Below, piece after piece: positions 20,927-29,957 of a stretch of DNA of 49,846 bases. The number at the start of each line of letters is the position of its first letter. Position 1 is the first letter of the stretch. The DNA comes from a virus (Duplodnaviria > Heunggongvirae > Uroviricota > Caudoviricetes), in the IMG/VR virus record IMGVR_UViG_2529293147_000015, one strand, 5' to 3'. The translations under genes were made by a program, and so were the position numbers. The notes beneath the pieces were generated by a model that saw only the letters and a list, made by a program, of their open reading frames with translations, did not search any database and was not told the DNA's origin.

Positions 20927-21135
20927 AGCCCCACTCCTGCCGGGCCACGACGCCGTCCGGATACACCCAGCGCACTTTCCAGCTCTTCAATATACTGACG
21001 CAGTTCACCAATTGTCGCCCGCGAATACTGAACCTGACGCCCGTCCTTGCTGACGGAAACCACAGCACGTCCGATCATCAGTTCATGTAACGCCCGGCGG
21101 GCATCGCATAGCATTTCATGCGTATAAATCATCAC
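20923..21135 (-). CDS. W: Head-tail joining protein W
   Basis: 70-aa ORF between A and B. Confidence 0.7.
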   Translation of the reverse strand: MMIYTHEMLCDARRALHELMIGRAVVSVSKDGRQVQYSRATIGELRQYIEELESALGVSGRRRGPAGVGL

Positions 21136-23055
21136 TTATCCTCCACTCAGAGCAGCTGCGATTTCTTCAATAGTCATTTCATCGTCGTCCTGTTCATCTC
21201 TTCTGGCGCGGGCCAGTGCATCCAGATCCAGTTGCCACCGCTGAACGGAAATGCGCAGCGCTGCATAGGCATACACCAGACAGTCCAGAGCTTCATTACG
21301 CCGTTTTCTGGCATCCCACTGGAGTTTCACCCGCCCGTTCACAACTTTTTCAACCAGCTCTTCTGCCACGAGTTGTTTAGCTTCAACATCAGAAAAAATG
21401 TCCGGGTTATCCGGAAAACGGAAGGTATACGGTGCGACTTCACTGGGAGATACCACCGGCAGGGCAAAACGCGCATACAGCATTTCCTTGACGGTATCGG
21501 AACCCACCTCACACAAAAACACCCCACGCTGGTTTCGCTTTTTTGGCATGGTGATCACCGGCTTGCCGTACACCGACGCCCCTTTGATGGGGAGCACAAA
21601 AAAAGTGCCGTGTTTTCTGGATCGCTGATACACAATGTCCTGGTCAATACCACCGGTATCCCAGCAGACGCGGGAAATGGAAATTTCAGTGCCATCTGCA
21701 TGACGGTATTTTTTCCGGATCACGGCATCAACGCGTTTAAGGGTGTCCTCATCTTCCGGTCTCCCCATGATGATCTGCTTGTCAATCAGAAAAGCTTCTT
21801 CGCCAGGAGCCCAGCCCCAGACATAAATCTCATAACGGTTTTTCTGAGAGTCGATCCCTGCGGTCAGGTAAACCACCCGCAGGGGAACCTGCGCATCATA
21901 GTGGCAGACTTTTTCCAGCAACAACTCAAAGCTCAGTTTTTCTGCCACAGCCTCTTCATAAGGCTCCCCCAGCGTGGTGTTAATGAACGTCTTGACGCCA
22001 TTCGGATCCTTCAGTGCATCAAGCCAGTCATAAACAATCTGTACCCAGGTGGTGAACGGGCTGTATGCCGTCCAGATGTGGTACGAGATTGAGCGCGGTG
22101 GCGGGATTTCCTCATCACCGGCGCTGTAAAATGTCAGACCGTCACGCGTCCACATCCCGGTATTGTCACAAATCCACCGCCCGTCGGTCTGGTCAAGTTC
22201 CGACTGCCGGATCACACAGCCATTATGTTCACACAGGTAATACACCGTTTCCGGTTTACCCTTCTCCCATTTCAGGCCAAACGGCGTCGCATCATCGCCA
22301 AACTTCAGATACTGGGCTTCACCACAATGAGGGCAAGGGACATAAAATCGCATGAAATGCGCAGATTCGTTCGCGGCTTTTTCAATCTGGCAAAAACCTT
22401 TAATTTTGGGCGTTGAGCCGCGTATGGATTTAGGCCATACCGAACCTTCGATACGCTTATCGCCAAGCAGGGTTGGTGAACCTTCTTTTTCCACATCCGG
22501 TTCAAACGAGGAGAGTTCGTCATAGCAGACCACATCCACAGATTTTTCACGGTAGTTTTTGGCAGCAGCTCCGCCCAGACACCAGAATCCCACACCGGAG
22601 GAGAAACGTTTCAGGGTAAGCGTGTTGTCCCGATGTTTTCTGCCAAACCACGGAGCCAGCTCCAGTAATACAGGAACGTCTCTTATCGTTGGTTCGACAT
22701 GGGATTTCATAAAATCTTCTGCCGCAGAATCTGTCGGCTGAAAAAGCAGGCTGTTACGGGATTTGTGTTCAATAAAATAAGCCTCCACCCCCAACAGCAT
22801 TTTGGTGTAACCAACACGCGCCGATTTAATCAGATTAACGGTGCGGATCCGGTCATTCCCCATGCTGTTCATGATGGCAACCTGAAACGGCAGTGTTTCC
22901 CATTGCCCGGGAGTATATGAAGACTCTTTTGGCAGATAATAATACTGATCAGCCCACTGAACTGTCGTCAGTGGTACCGGAATATTGAGAGATACAAGCC
23001 CTGTTGCTATCGCACCGGCTGCATTAGCTGCCTTCTGTGCGTCTGAAATCATCAA
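21136..23055 (-). CDS. A: Terminase large subunit A
   Basis: 639-aa ORF (lambda gpA is ~641 aa) downstream of Nu1. Confidence 0.9.
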   Translation of the reverse strand: MMISDAQKAANAAGAIATGLVSLNIPVPLTTVQWADQYYYLPKESSYTPGQWETLPFQVAIMNSMGNDRIRTVNLIKSARVGYTKMLLGVEAYFIEHKSRNSLLFQPTDSAAEDFMKSHVEPTIRDVPVLLELAPWFGRKHRDNTLTLKRFSSGVGFWCLGGAAAKNYREKSVDVVCYDELSSFEPDVEKEGSPTLLGDKRIEGSVWPKSIRGSTPKIKGFCQIEKAANESAHFMRFYVPCPHCGEAQYLKFGDDATPFGLKWEKGKPETVYYLCEHNGCVIRQSELDQTDGRWICDNTGMWTRDGLTFYSAGDEEIPPPRSISYHIWTAYSPFTTWVQIVYDWLDALKDPNGVKTFINTTLGEPYEEAVAEKLSFELLLEKVCHYDAQVPLRVVYLTAGIDSQKNRYEIYVWGWAPGEEAFLIDKQIIMGRPEDEDTLKRVDAVIRKKYRHADGTEISISRVCWDTGGIDQDIVYQRSRKHGTFFVLPIKGASVYGKPVITMPKKRNQRGVFLCEVGSDTVKEMLYARFALPVVSPSEVAPYTFRFPDNPDIFSDVEAKQLVAEELVEKVVNGRVKLQWDARKRRNEALDCLVYAYAALRISVQRWQLDLDALARARRDEQDDDEMTIEEIAAALSGG

Positions 23056-23572
23056 TCCACCCGCCTACGCTCTCACCAGCTTTAGCTGCAACGTTGGAGG
23101 CTTTTGCGATTTCAGTTTTCACCACATCAAGGTGTGACGGTGAAATATCCGGATATTTACGCTGTAATGTCAGCGGCACACGTACAAGTATCCCCGAAAT
23201 CTCCTGTGCCACACGTTGCAGAATGAAGGTAAACAATTCCGTTTCCAGTACCAGCCCTTCTTCGCGGGCATTTTTCAGTTCCTGTGCATCAGCCTGTGCT
23301 TTTGTGAGTCGGTAGCGCTCATAGTCAATGGTGCCGGGTTGTAAATATGATTCCGCAGCCGCACGCAAATCCTCGGTCTCTTTGCGGAGTTTTTCGTTTT
23401 CAATATCGGCTTCGCGCTGCGCATACCACTGAATTGCCATGGCGGTATCAAATACAGATTCAACCCCCTTACTACCACCAGAGACACAAGAGAGCCCCTG
23501 AGACTGCCAGCGTTCAATCGTTCGTGGATCCACGTTGAAAATTTCCGCGAGCTTCTTTTTGTTAACCTTCAT
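23024..23572 (-). CDS. Nu1: Terminase small subunit Nu1 (start at [12 protein letters not shown] preferred)
   Basis: Motifs [38 protein letters not shown] match lambda Nu1. Confidence 0.85.
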   Translation of the reverse strand: MKVNKKKLAEIFNVDPRTIERWQSQGLSCVSGGSKGVESVFDTAMAIQWYAQREADIENEKLRKETEDLRAAAESYLQPGTIDYERYRLTKAQADAQELKNAREEGLVLETELFTFILQRVAQEISGILVRVPLTLQRKYPDISPSHLDVVKTEIAKASNVAAKAGESVGGWIDDFRRTEGS

Positions 23573-23699
23573 AAAACATTTCCATATCAAATGCAGGGTC
23601 CGACATGGAAGTGCTCAAAAACGTCTTTTTCGGGCACTTTCATGTCGTACCTTTTACGGATGTGATTTATGAAAAAACAATGAGTTATACACGAGAAGT

Positions 23700-23765
23700 A
23701 CCGACACGCTTTTTCCCGAAAAATTTTCATAAATAGCGAAAATCCGCGCCGCTGCCGCCCCGTGG
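23700..23765 (-). other. cos site (cosN plus flanking cosB-type sequence)
   Basis: Minus-strand sequence GGGGCGGCAGCGGCGCGGATTTTCGCTATTTATGAAAATTTTTCGGGAAAA resembles the lambda cos region, ~130 bp upstream of Nu1. Confidence 0.6.
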
Positions 23766-24201
23766 CAGGCCACCCCACCGGAAGGACCCGCACAAATGAG
23801 AGCGTTTGTCATTAACATTTACAGATAAGATGACGTACATCATTGAAACGCCATTCAGCCATATACCGGCAGCATTCGTAGTTGCACTCCGTAACTCTGC
23901 GACTAAGGTTAAAAACATGGCCCTCTTTTGCCACCGGCAAATCTTCAATGGATTTCCCCTGCCGGTTTTTTATTTTCGTCGATGCATAACATTGCATTTA
24001 CATCAATAGCGGCTATTGTCATTAGTATGTTACATCAATGCATGGGTGGTATTGGCGGTCTTCGCCGGCCGCTTCTGTGTAGCTGCTCCCTGTGACCGGT
24101 TTTTTATTTCTCACATTACAGCAACCCCTTAGAGTGAAGGGCTGCTGTAATGCCTGTTACTCACGAATCAGGCGAGCACTCTTACTATTCATTTCAATAC
24201 G

Positions 24202-24552
24202 CTAATACTGCGGTTTACCATCAATGATGTCTGTCATTACGAACACCTCACCCGGCTGCAGTTCAACTGCACCTTCCGGTAATTTCATACCGGCAAATAC
24301 CGGACAGCCCGGATGGCGATCATCTTCTGTTGCTCCCAGCATTGACTCACCAAACCACGCCGTTGTGGCGCGACCATCAGCAGCCTTGTAGTGGATCAAG
24401 TACTGGTTTTCGCCATCCGCATACTGCGCGCGAGCTTTAACCTCACCCCATTCATCACTGATGCGCATCTCCACCAGTTGAGACAACTCAAACTTAAACG
24501 GGACAGTAGCGGCACCAATTACAATCGGTTTGTTTTCTGTTGTTTCCATCAT
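24202..24552 (-). CDS. Hypothetical protein (moron between lysis cassette and cos)
   Basis: 116-aa ORF from MMETTENKPIV...; no family recognised. Confidence 0.45.
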   Translation of the reverse strand: MMETTENKPIVIGAATVPFKFELSQLVEMRISDEWGEVKARAQYADGENQYLIHYKAADGRATTAWFGESMLGATEDDRHPGCPVFAGMKLPEGAVELQPGEVFVMTDIIDGKPQY

Positions 24553-24723
24553 CGTCTCCTGATATCGAAGCCCGTCGCCGCACCGGGCACTGATCAACAT
24601 TTGAGTATTCGCGGCGAAAGAAAGAATTTATTTTATTGAGTAGCCACAAACACAGAATTTCATGCTTTCCGGACGCTGACGCATCCTTCATTTTTCAGCA
24701 AAATATTCTGCTCTTACAGGCGA

Positions 24724-24906
24724 TCAGTTCTGCATACAATGCCGGACACCGTCGACAATTTTGCAGACCTGAGAAGCTGTATCGAAAAGCTGGCGCGCCT
24801 TATCCAGGCTGACGCATCCCACCAATAAAAAAGGCACCAGTATCGCTACCAGTGCCCATTTCGCCGCCGTTCGCGGCATTCTGTGTGTCCAGTGTTTTCG
24901 CTTCAT
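24724..24906 (-). CDS. Small lipoprotein (possible o-spanin-like or exclusion lipoprotein)
   Basis: MKRKHWTHRMPRTAAKWALVAILVPFLLVGC lipobox; short Cys-containing mature part. Confidence 0.4.
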   Translation of the reverse strand: MKRKHWTHRMPRTAAKWALVAILVPFLLVGCVSLDKARQLFDTASQVCKIVDGVRHCMQN

Positions 24907-24910
24907 CTCA

Positions 24911-25045
24911 CTATCCACCAATCAATCCGGATAAGCTCAATACTCGCCAGGTGGTGGAAATGAAAATGGCAACCAACATTGCTGAAAATGAAAGGCCAAC
25001 AACCACACAGAGAATTCGCGCCAGTTTTATAATGCTATCTGACAT
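24911..25045 (-). CDS. Small membrane protein
   Basis: 44-aa ORF MSDSIIKLARILCVVVGLSFSAMLVAIFIS... with one TM helix, packed between neighbours. Confidence 0.3.
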   Translation of the reverse strand: MSDSIIKLARILCVVVGLSFSAMLVAIFISTTWRVLSLSGLIGG

Positions 25046-25062
25046 ATTTACCCCTGCCCCAC

Positions 25063-25266
25063 TTACGATTTCACAGCAATGATCAATTTTGCCATCCCAT
25101 ACAGCATCGGAGACACAGCGATACCGACAGCCACCCACTTAATGGCAAAAGCCACCGCTCTGCTGATGTCATCAGTTACGGGCGCTTTCAATTCAAGGCC
25201 GTTTTTCATAGTCAACCTCAACAGAATTAGTTTATACTTCCTCATGTTCTCCTTTGCCTTACCCAA
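25063..25266 (-). CDS. Small membrane protein downstream of endolysin
   Basis: 67-aa ORF with C-terminal hydrophobic segment. Confidence 0.35.
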   Translation of the reverse strand: MGKAKENMRKYKLILLRLTMKNGLELKAPVTDDISRAVAFAIKWVAVGIAVSPMLYGMAKLIIAVKS

Positions 25267-25405
25267 GGCCAGAAACAGAAAACCCCGGACTGTTACCGCA
25301 GCCGGGGTTTTTGCTATCTAATGCTATGCCCCTTACTTTTGCTCATCGTAGCCCCAGAAAAGAGCCTGCATGAGTTGAGGGTGTTCAGCACTTCAGTGTC
25401 AGTTT

Positions 25406-25972
25406 TTAAACTGCTACGCGCTCTTTCATCCAGCCGTAAACAAACGACTCGTTAGCCTCCCGTTTCTCTGCCAGCTCCAGATAGCGGTCACCCTGCGTAC
25501 AGTTCAGTGCGGTCAGCATTACCAGCTCTCCATCCCTGCCACGATTTTTCAGATATACCCGTAATGCATTAAGAGTACGCGGCCCGATACGTCCGTCTGC
25601 ATCCATATCCGGATACAGTTTCCCGCGCAGGTTGAAAACGTTCAGCCAGCGTTGAAGCATTTTTGACGCCACGGCTGGCCCCATGTTGACGCCCGTATCA
25701 CACAACTCTGCGGCAATATCAGGGGATAACGCTGCCACCTGGTCAAAACGTGGTCCATACCAGTAGTCCGCCTCGAGTATTTCCAGCGCCTGCCCGCGCG
25801 TCAGGTCACGCATATCGCCGCGATATCCGTGAGCGCGGGCGACTTTTTCTGTAATACCCCATTTTGTCGGTCCGCCTTTATCATCCGGGTGATTGACGTA
25901 ACCGCCCTCTTTTCCCAGAACTTCGTCAAAAATTTCATCTTTCGACTTCATATCAGCGCCTTCGTAATACAA
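25406..25972 (-). CDS. Endolysin, GH108-type lysozyme with peptidoglycan-binding domain
   Basis: N-terminal EVLGKEGGYVNHPDDKGGPTKWGIT motif and C-terminal PG-binding-like region. Confidence 0.8.
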   Translation of the reverse strand: MYYEGADMKSKDEIFDEVLGKEGGYVNHPDDKGGPTKWGITEKVARAHGYRGDMRDLTRGQALEILEADYWYGPRFDQVAALSPDIAAELCDTGVNMGPAVASKMLQRWLNVFNLRGKLYPDMDADGRIGPRTLNALRVYLKNRGRDGELVMLTALNCTQGDRYLELAEKREANESFVYGWMKERVAV

Positions 25973-26231
25973 AGATTTTTGAAACGTTCCCGCGTGCGCG
26001 AATCACCAGCACGCAGAACAGCAGATTAAGCCCCACCGCCAGCCAGTTCACCGCTAACGGGCGACCACACAGATAGCTGAGGGGCACAAAGGCATACAGC
26101 AGCATCAGCAGCCAGGCCAGCCATGACATCAGCGGTTTGTGTCTGGAGTCACGACGACGATAAAAAAAGAGCGTCAGCACGATAACCGTGCATAACGCCA
26201 CATTCAGCAATCCGGGAAGGTTACTTAACAT
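25953..26231 (-). CDS. Lysis membrane protein (holin/antiholin candidate)
   Basis: ~92-aa ORF from MLSNLPGLLNVALCTVIVLTLFF... with 2-3 TM segments, overlapping the endolysin start. Confidence 0.5.
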   Translation of the reverse strand: MLSNLPGLLNVALCTVIVLTLFFYRRRDSRHKPLMSWLAWLLMLLYAFVPLSYLCGRPLAVNWLAVGLNLLFCVLVIRARGNVSKIFVLRRR

Positions 26232-26613
26232 TGCCGCCTCCTCCGCCCCGCAGGCGGGAGAACACACCGGACACCAGTGATGCAATATCCTGCTGGTGGA
26301 TGAACGAGAGAATCTTCACCGACACCACTGACACCAGTACTGCACACAGTGCGTCGACAGGCGCTCCGTCAAACCCTGTGTGCTTTACCAGCCAGGATGC
26401 CAGAACCCCTGCCCCCAGCACGCCGATAATGAACGACACCAGAAAATGCGCCGCCACACGCCAGGCTGAAAGCGCCTGCGGAATTGTTGCCACAAATAAC
26501 GCCCCGGCGAACGCACCAAACACAATCCCGAAATCCGTTCCGGTAAACAGCCCGAATCCCGTCGCCCCACCGAGCGCCGCAGCCGTACCGGAACCGGATA
26601 AGGGTTCAGACAT
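26221..26613 (-). CDS. Putative holin (start at MSEPLSG, RBS AGGAGA)
   Basis: 131-aa Gly/Ala-rich multi-TM protein directly upstream of the lysis genes. Confidence 0.55.
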   Translation of the reverse strand: MSEPLSGSGTAAALGGATGFGLFTGTDFGIVFGAFAGALFVATIPQALSAWRVAAHFLVSFIIGVLGAGVLASWLVKHTGFDGAPVDALCAVLVSVVSVKILSFIHQQDIASLVSGVFSRLRGGGGGNVK

Positions 26614-26705
26614 ACTTTTTTCTCCTGTAAATAAAAAAGGGCCACCAGCGGCCCGTAAAAAACAATACCCCGTCAAAGGCACCCGCAGATGCCTTTTGTG
26701 TGGTG

Positions 26706-26858
26706 TTATTCAGATTTACGCAGTAAAGGCCGGAGCACGACCAGCGCCATCACCACCAGCACACCATCTGCCAGCACCGACATCAGCCGTCCGGTGAAAT
26801 CCACTGCCACTACCAGAAACAGCAGGATGGCAGCCAGCACAAGGCGCGCACTTTTCAC
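26706..26858 (-). CDS. Small hydrophobic protein (GTG start overlapping the stop of the TerB-like gene)
   Basis: 50-aa ORF VKSARLVLAAILLFLVVAVDF...; below ORF-track cutoff; GTGA start/stop overlap. Confidence 0.3.
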   Translation of the reverse strand: MKSARLVLAAILLFLVVAVDFTGRLMSVLADGVLVVMALVVLRPLLRKSE

Positions 26859-27280
26859 AGGTACTGCTCCAGCGGTAGCTGAAGCGCCTGCGCAATTTTC
26901 TTGAGCTGTGCTTCTTCATCCGGACCAATGCCATCCTGGTCAGCGATATCCAGACACAGGCACAGCACATTAACTGCATCATCAGTACCGGCGACATCAG
27001 CCAGCTGACGAAGGGCTTCGGCATTGGCTGAACGCGGGGATGCTTCATAACGGGCGCGGATATTGGCGCTCATCTGGGCAATCTCACCGGAGAACGGCGC
27101 AAAGGCAGGAAGTGCTGCAATGGTTTTCTCCAGTACTGCGATTTCTTTCGCATCACAGGTGCCGTCAGCGTATGCAATGGAATACGCGCCCCAGACGGTC
27201 GCCTCCACTGCGTCGCGGTTCTCCATCTTCTTCACTTCGGTAATGGCCTTGCGGGTTTTCTTTTTGAAAATACCAAACAT
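26855..27280 (-). CDS. TerB-like (tellurite-resistance TerB domain) protein
   Basis: 141-aa ORF with TerB-like pattern ...AYADGTCDAKEIAVLEKTIA...LCLCLDIADQDGIGPDEEAQLKKIAQALQL. Confidence 0.55.
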   Translation of the reverse strand: MFGIFKKKTRKAITEVKKMENRDAVEATVWGAYSIAYADGTCDAKEIAVLEKTIAALPAFAPFSGEIAQMSANIRARYEASPRSANAEALRQLADVAGTDDAVNVLCLCLDIADQDGIGPDEEAQLKKIAQALQLPLEQYL

Positions 27281-27455
27281 CGTGACTTTTCCTTTTAGTG
27301 GGTGAGCCTGCGCCCGGTGGTGACCAGCCCACAGAGAAAGTCACACTGACCATCCCGTAAGCTCACCCCTGAAAGGCTCTGTGGTTTTTTGATATTCGCC
27401 GGGCGTGGCGCGGATATGAAAAAGGCCCGCCGAAGCGAGCCTGGAAAAATAAGCG

Positions 27456-27532
27456 TGGCGCGTTGTACTGGATTCGAACCAGTGACCGATTGCTTAGAAG
27501 GCAATTGCTCTGTCCGGCTGAGCTAACAACGC
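27456..27532 (-). tRNA. tRNA-Arg (anticodon TCT)
   Basis: Clean cloverleaf: acceptor GCGTTGT/ACAACGC, anticodon loop CTTCTAA, T-loop TTCGAAT, 3' CCA. Confidence 0.85.
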
Positions 27533-27549
27533 ATAATGCAGATAATAGA

Positions 27550-27625
27550 TTGCCATCGGGGACCCGAGCCCCACACAGCCAGTTTCGAAAGCTGGCACTC
27601 TCTGTCGATGAGCTAATGGCGGTAT
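27550..27625 (-). tRNA. tRNA-like element, degenerate or unusual (possible Arg, anticodon-loop candidate TCG)
   Basis: TAGCTC D-arm start and hairpin arms present, but D- and T-loops non-canonical and acceptor pairing imperfect. Confidence 0.35.
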
Positions 27626-27629
27626 GTGA

Positions 27630-27705
27630 TGGTGGCCCTTGCTGGATTTGAACCAGCGACCTGGCGATTATGAGTCGCTCGCTCTCACCACTGAGCTAAA
27701 GGGCC
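27630..27705 (-). tRNA. tRNA-Ile2 (anticodon CAT, ileX/ileZ-like)
   Basis: GGCCCTTTAGCTCAGTGGTGAGAGC...CTCATAA...GGTTCAAATCCAGCAAGGGCCACCA. Confidence 0.85.
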
Positions 27706-27754
27706 GGGAGCAGAATAATAATGGTGCGTAATTAATTCTGCAATCTCATCCGTT

Positions 27755-28804
27755 TCAAACGATTAAATCCTGAACTTCCCTGACTGTCTGTTCAAAACGT
27801 CCGGTCTCCAGCTCAACACCAATCGCACAACGCCCCAGTGCCATCGCCGCTTTTACCGTTGAACCTGAACCCATAAAAAAATCCGCAACCAAATCACCAG
27901 GGTGACTGCTGGCCTCAATTATCTGCCGCAACATATCTGCCGGTTTTTCACAGGGATGTTTGCCCGGATAAAACTGCACGGATTTATGCGTCCAGACATC
28001 CGTATACGGAACGGCAGCCGATACGGAAAAATAACGCCGCAAAGATTTATACTCTTCCAGCAGGCTGGCATATTGCCGGTTCAGTTCACTGTATGTGCTG
28101 ACCAGCTGGTGGTGTGGCTTTTCCAGTTCCCCTCGCTGATGCTTTTCTGCCGCAACACGCGCAAACAACGCCTGCAATTTGTTGTAATCCCCCTCGTTCG
28201 GTAATTGCCACTGACTGGTACCAAACCAGTGCGAAGCCATGTTTTTCTTTCCGGTGGCTTCCGCTATCTGTTTTGACGTTATTCCCAGTGATTCACGCGC
28301 ATCACGAAAGTAAGAAATCAGCGGGGCCATGACGTGCTGTTTTAGCTCACGCCCCTTTGCCTCATAGCCGTCATTTTTGGGCTGGTATGGCCCCTGATAA
28401 TGTTCTGCAAACAGAATGCGCTCTGTTGCCGGGAAATACGCCCGCAGGCTTTCCTTGTTGCACCCGTTCCAGCGCCCTGACGGCTTCGCCCAGATAATGT
28501 GGTTCAGCACATTAAAGCGCTGACGCATCATGATTTCGGTGTCAGATGCCAGGCGATGACCACAGAACAGGTAAAGACTTCCTGCGGGCTTCAGTCCCCG
28601 CCAGAACTGCGCCAGACACTGATTCAGCCATTTCAGGTAATCATCGTCGCCCTTCCACTGGTTATCCCAGCCCTCGGGCTTCACTTTAAAGTATGGCGGG
28701 TCTGTGACTATCAGATCGACAGAATTTTCCGGTAAGGTCTGGATAAATTCCAGACAATCAGCGTTGATTAACTCACAACTGGATATTTTTACAGTATTAG
28801 CCAT
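27755..28804 (-). CDS. Orphan DNA N6-adenine methyltransferase
   Basis: TDPPY catalytic motif and FFMGSGST AdoMet-binding motif; no adjacent restriction gene. Confidence 0.85.
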   Translation of the reverse strand: MANTVKISSCELINADCLEFIQTLPENSVDLIVTDPPYFKVKPEGWDNQWKGDDDYLKWLNQCLAQFWRGLKPAGSLYLFCGHRLASDTEIMMRQRFNVLNHIIWAKPSGRWNGCNKESLRAYFPATERILFAEHYQGPYQPKNDGYEAKGRELKQHVMAPLISYFRDARESLGITSKQIAEATGKKNMASHWFGTSQWQLPNEGDYNKLQALFARVAAEKHQRGELEKPHHQLVSTYSELNRQYASLLEEYKSLRRYFSVSAAVPYTDVWTHKSVQFYPGKHPCEKPADMLRQIIEASSHPGDLVADFFMGSGSTVKAAMALGRCAIGVELETGRFEQTVREVQDLIV

Positions 28805-28940
28805 AGATCAATAAGCACTTCTCTGATAGGCTCATACCGCTTTTGCGCAAAGCAGATGGGCCTGAGGTTTGCTTGTGACCACAACGCATGAGCAGATGGC
28901 TGGCAGGTGCCGCTAACACCCACCAGCCGCCCATTACCAC

Positions 28941-28967
28941 AAATTAAAAAACCTTCACCGCGGAAGG
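28941..28967 (-). terminator. Intrinsic terminator upstream of the methyltransferase gene
   Basis: Minus-strand hairpin CCTTC-cgcggt-GAAGG followed by TTTTTTAATTT. Confidence 0.45.
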
Positions 28968-29152
28968 CGTCTGTAACAACCGAACTGATAATCTGCCAGA
29001 CCCGCCATAACAAGCTGGGTCAGTATTAACTGGCAGCGTTCGCGTGAAAGGTAAGTATTCTGCGCAATCTCCCCGACGGTCGCCGGTTCGGTGACGCTTA
29101 ATTCATTAAACACCACTCTGGCAGTTTCGGTCATATCCTGCTGTTTTAGCAT
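28955..29152 (-). CDS. Small hypothetical protein, possibly HTH-like (start at MLKQQDM assumed)
   Basis: 66-aa ORF; alternative upstream start at 29275. Confidence 0.35.
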   Translation of the reverse strand: MLKQQDMTETARVVFNELSVTEPATVGEIAQNTYLSRERCQLILTQLVMAGLADYQFGCYRRLPR

Positions 29153-29274
29153 GTCTTTTTCCCTTTTCTGGTTAACGTGACATACCAATAACTCTTGTCG
29201 AAAAAGCCAGCAAGCTGAAAGACCGGTATTCGCAACCACCAGCACGTTTAACGTACTGCGCCGTTTTTCGGACA

Positions 29275-29297
29275 CAAAAAACCGCCTGGCGGCGGGT
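29275..29297 (-). terminator. Intrinsic terminator (tR'-like candidate) in the Q-late gene interval
   Basis: Minus-strand hairpin CCGCC-gcca-GGCGG followed by TTTTTTGT. Confidence 0.45.
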
Positions 29298-29433
29298 TTA
29301 AGCTGTGTGGCGAAGTAACCACTCTTAACAGCATATTTGATTTTTTACGATTGTAAACATCTGTTCGGCGATGTCTTTTTACGATAAAATTTAGTCGAAC
29401 TTTTCTTGTACGATAATTCACAAGCAGGCCCAT

Positions 29434-29913
29434 ATGAAAAAAATAGCATTGACATTATTAAGTACATTGATCATTACAGGGTGTACGGCTCAATCTTCCG
29501 CAGAAAACAGAAATAGTGATCATTATGCGTATTTAAAGAAATGCGAAAATATCACCTTGGACAACACGCCCCAGCAAGTTAACAAAAATAATTTTTTAAA
29601 GCTTCTATATAAGGGAGAAATGATAATCAACACTACACAATTTATTACTTCCAGCAAGCAAGATATGTTAGTGAGAGTTGGCTGGGATCCCGATATATCA
29701 AAAGCAATCGCTGACTGCGACATCGAGCAAATGATGATCGTTTTAAATGCAGCAAAAGAACCATTTGAAAAACTCAAGGCAAACACAAAATCACCTACAG
29801 AGCGAGAAGCATTAATCAAAACGTATAGCGCATGGGAAAACTACGTAAGTTCTCCATCCAGAGAAAACAAAAATAATTTTAACGAAAAAGCGAGTTATTA
29901 TAAAAACATTTAA
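29434..29913 (+). CDS. Lipoprotein moron, AT-rich, convergent to Q
   Basis: MKKIALTLLSTLIITGC lipobox; visibly lower GC than flanks; upstream TACGAT repeats; downstream inverted repeat ACCCTCTCC-gca-TGGAGAGGGT. Confidence 0.65.
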   Translation: MKKIALTLLSTLIITGCTAQSSAENRNSDHYAYLKKCENITLDNTPQQVNKNNFLKLLYKGEMIINTTQFITSSKQDMLVRVGWDPDISKAIADCDIEQMMIVLNAAKEPFEKLKANTKSPTEREALIKTYSAWENYVSSPSRENKNNFNEKASYYKNI

Positions 29914-29957
29914 TTCATACCCTCTCCGCATGGAGAGGGTATGTGAGTTAAGTTTTA

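Noticed and set aside
21118-22092. 324-aa plus-strand ORF antisense to terminase A
   Set aside because: Antisense to a conserved gene; Cys/His-rich low-complexity translation typical of a spurious frame
23806-24009. Overlapping small ORFs on both strands between cos and the first lysis-side gene
   Set aside because: No ribosome-binding sites and the two exclude each other; the region more likely holds cosB and regulatory structure, though a small gene cannot be excluded
26716-27048. 110-aa minus-strand ORF overlapping the TerB-like gene in another frame
   Set aside because: Overlaps a better-supported ORF; Cys-rich composition with no domain signature
27281-27455. stx toxin genes expected between the tRNA cluster and the holin
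   Set aside because: No ORF resembling StxA or StxB is present; the slot holds the TerB-like gene instead
29523-29819. 98-aa minus-strand ORF inside the lipoprotein gene
   Set aside because: Antisense to a well-supported lipoprotein ORF with a clear signal peptide
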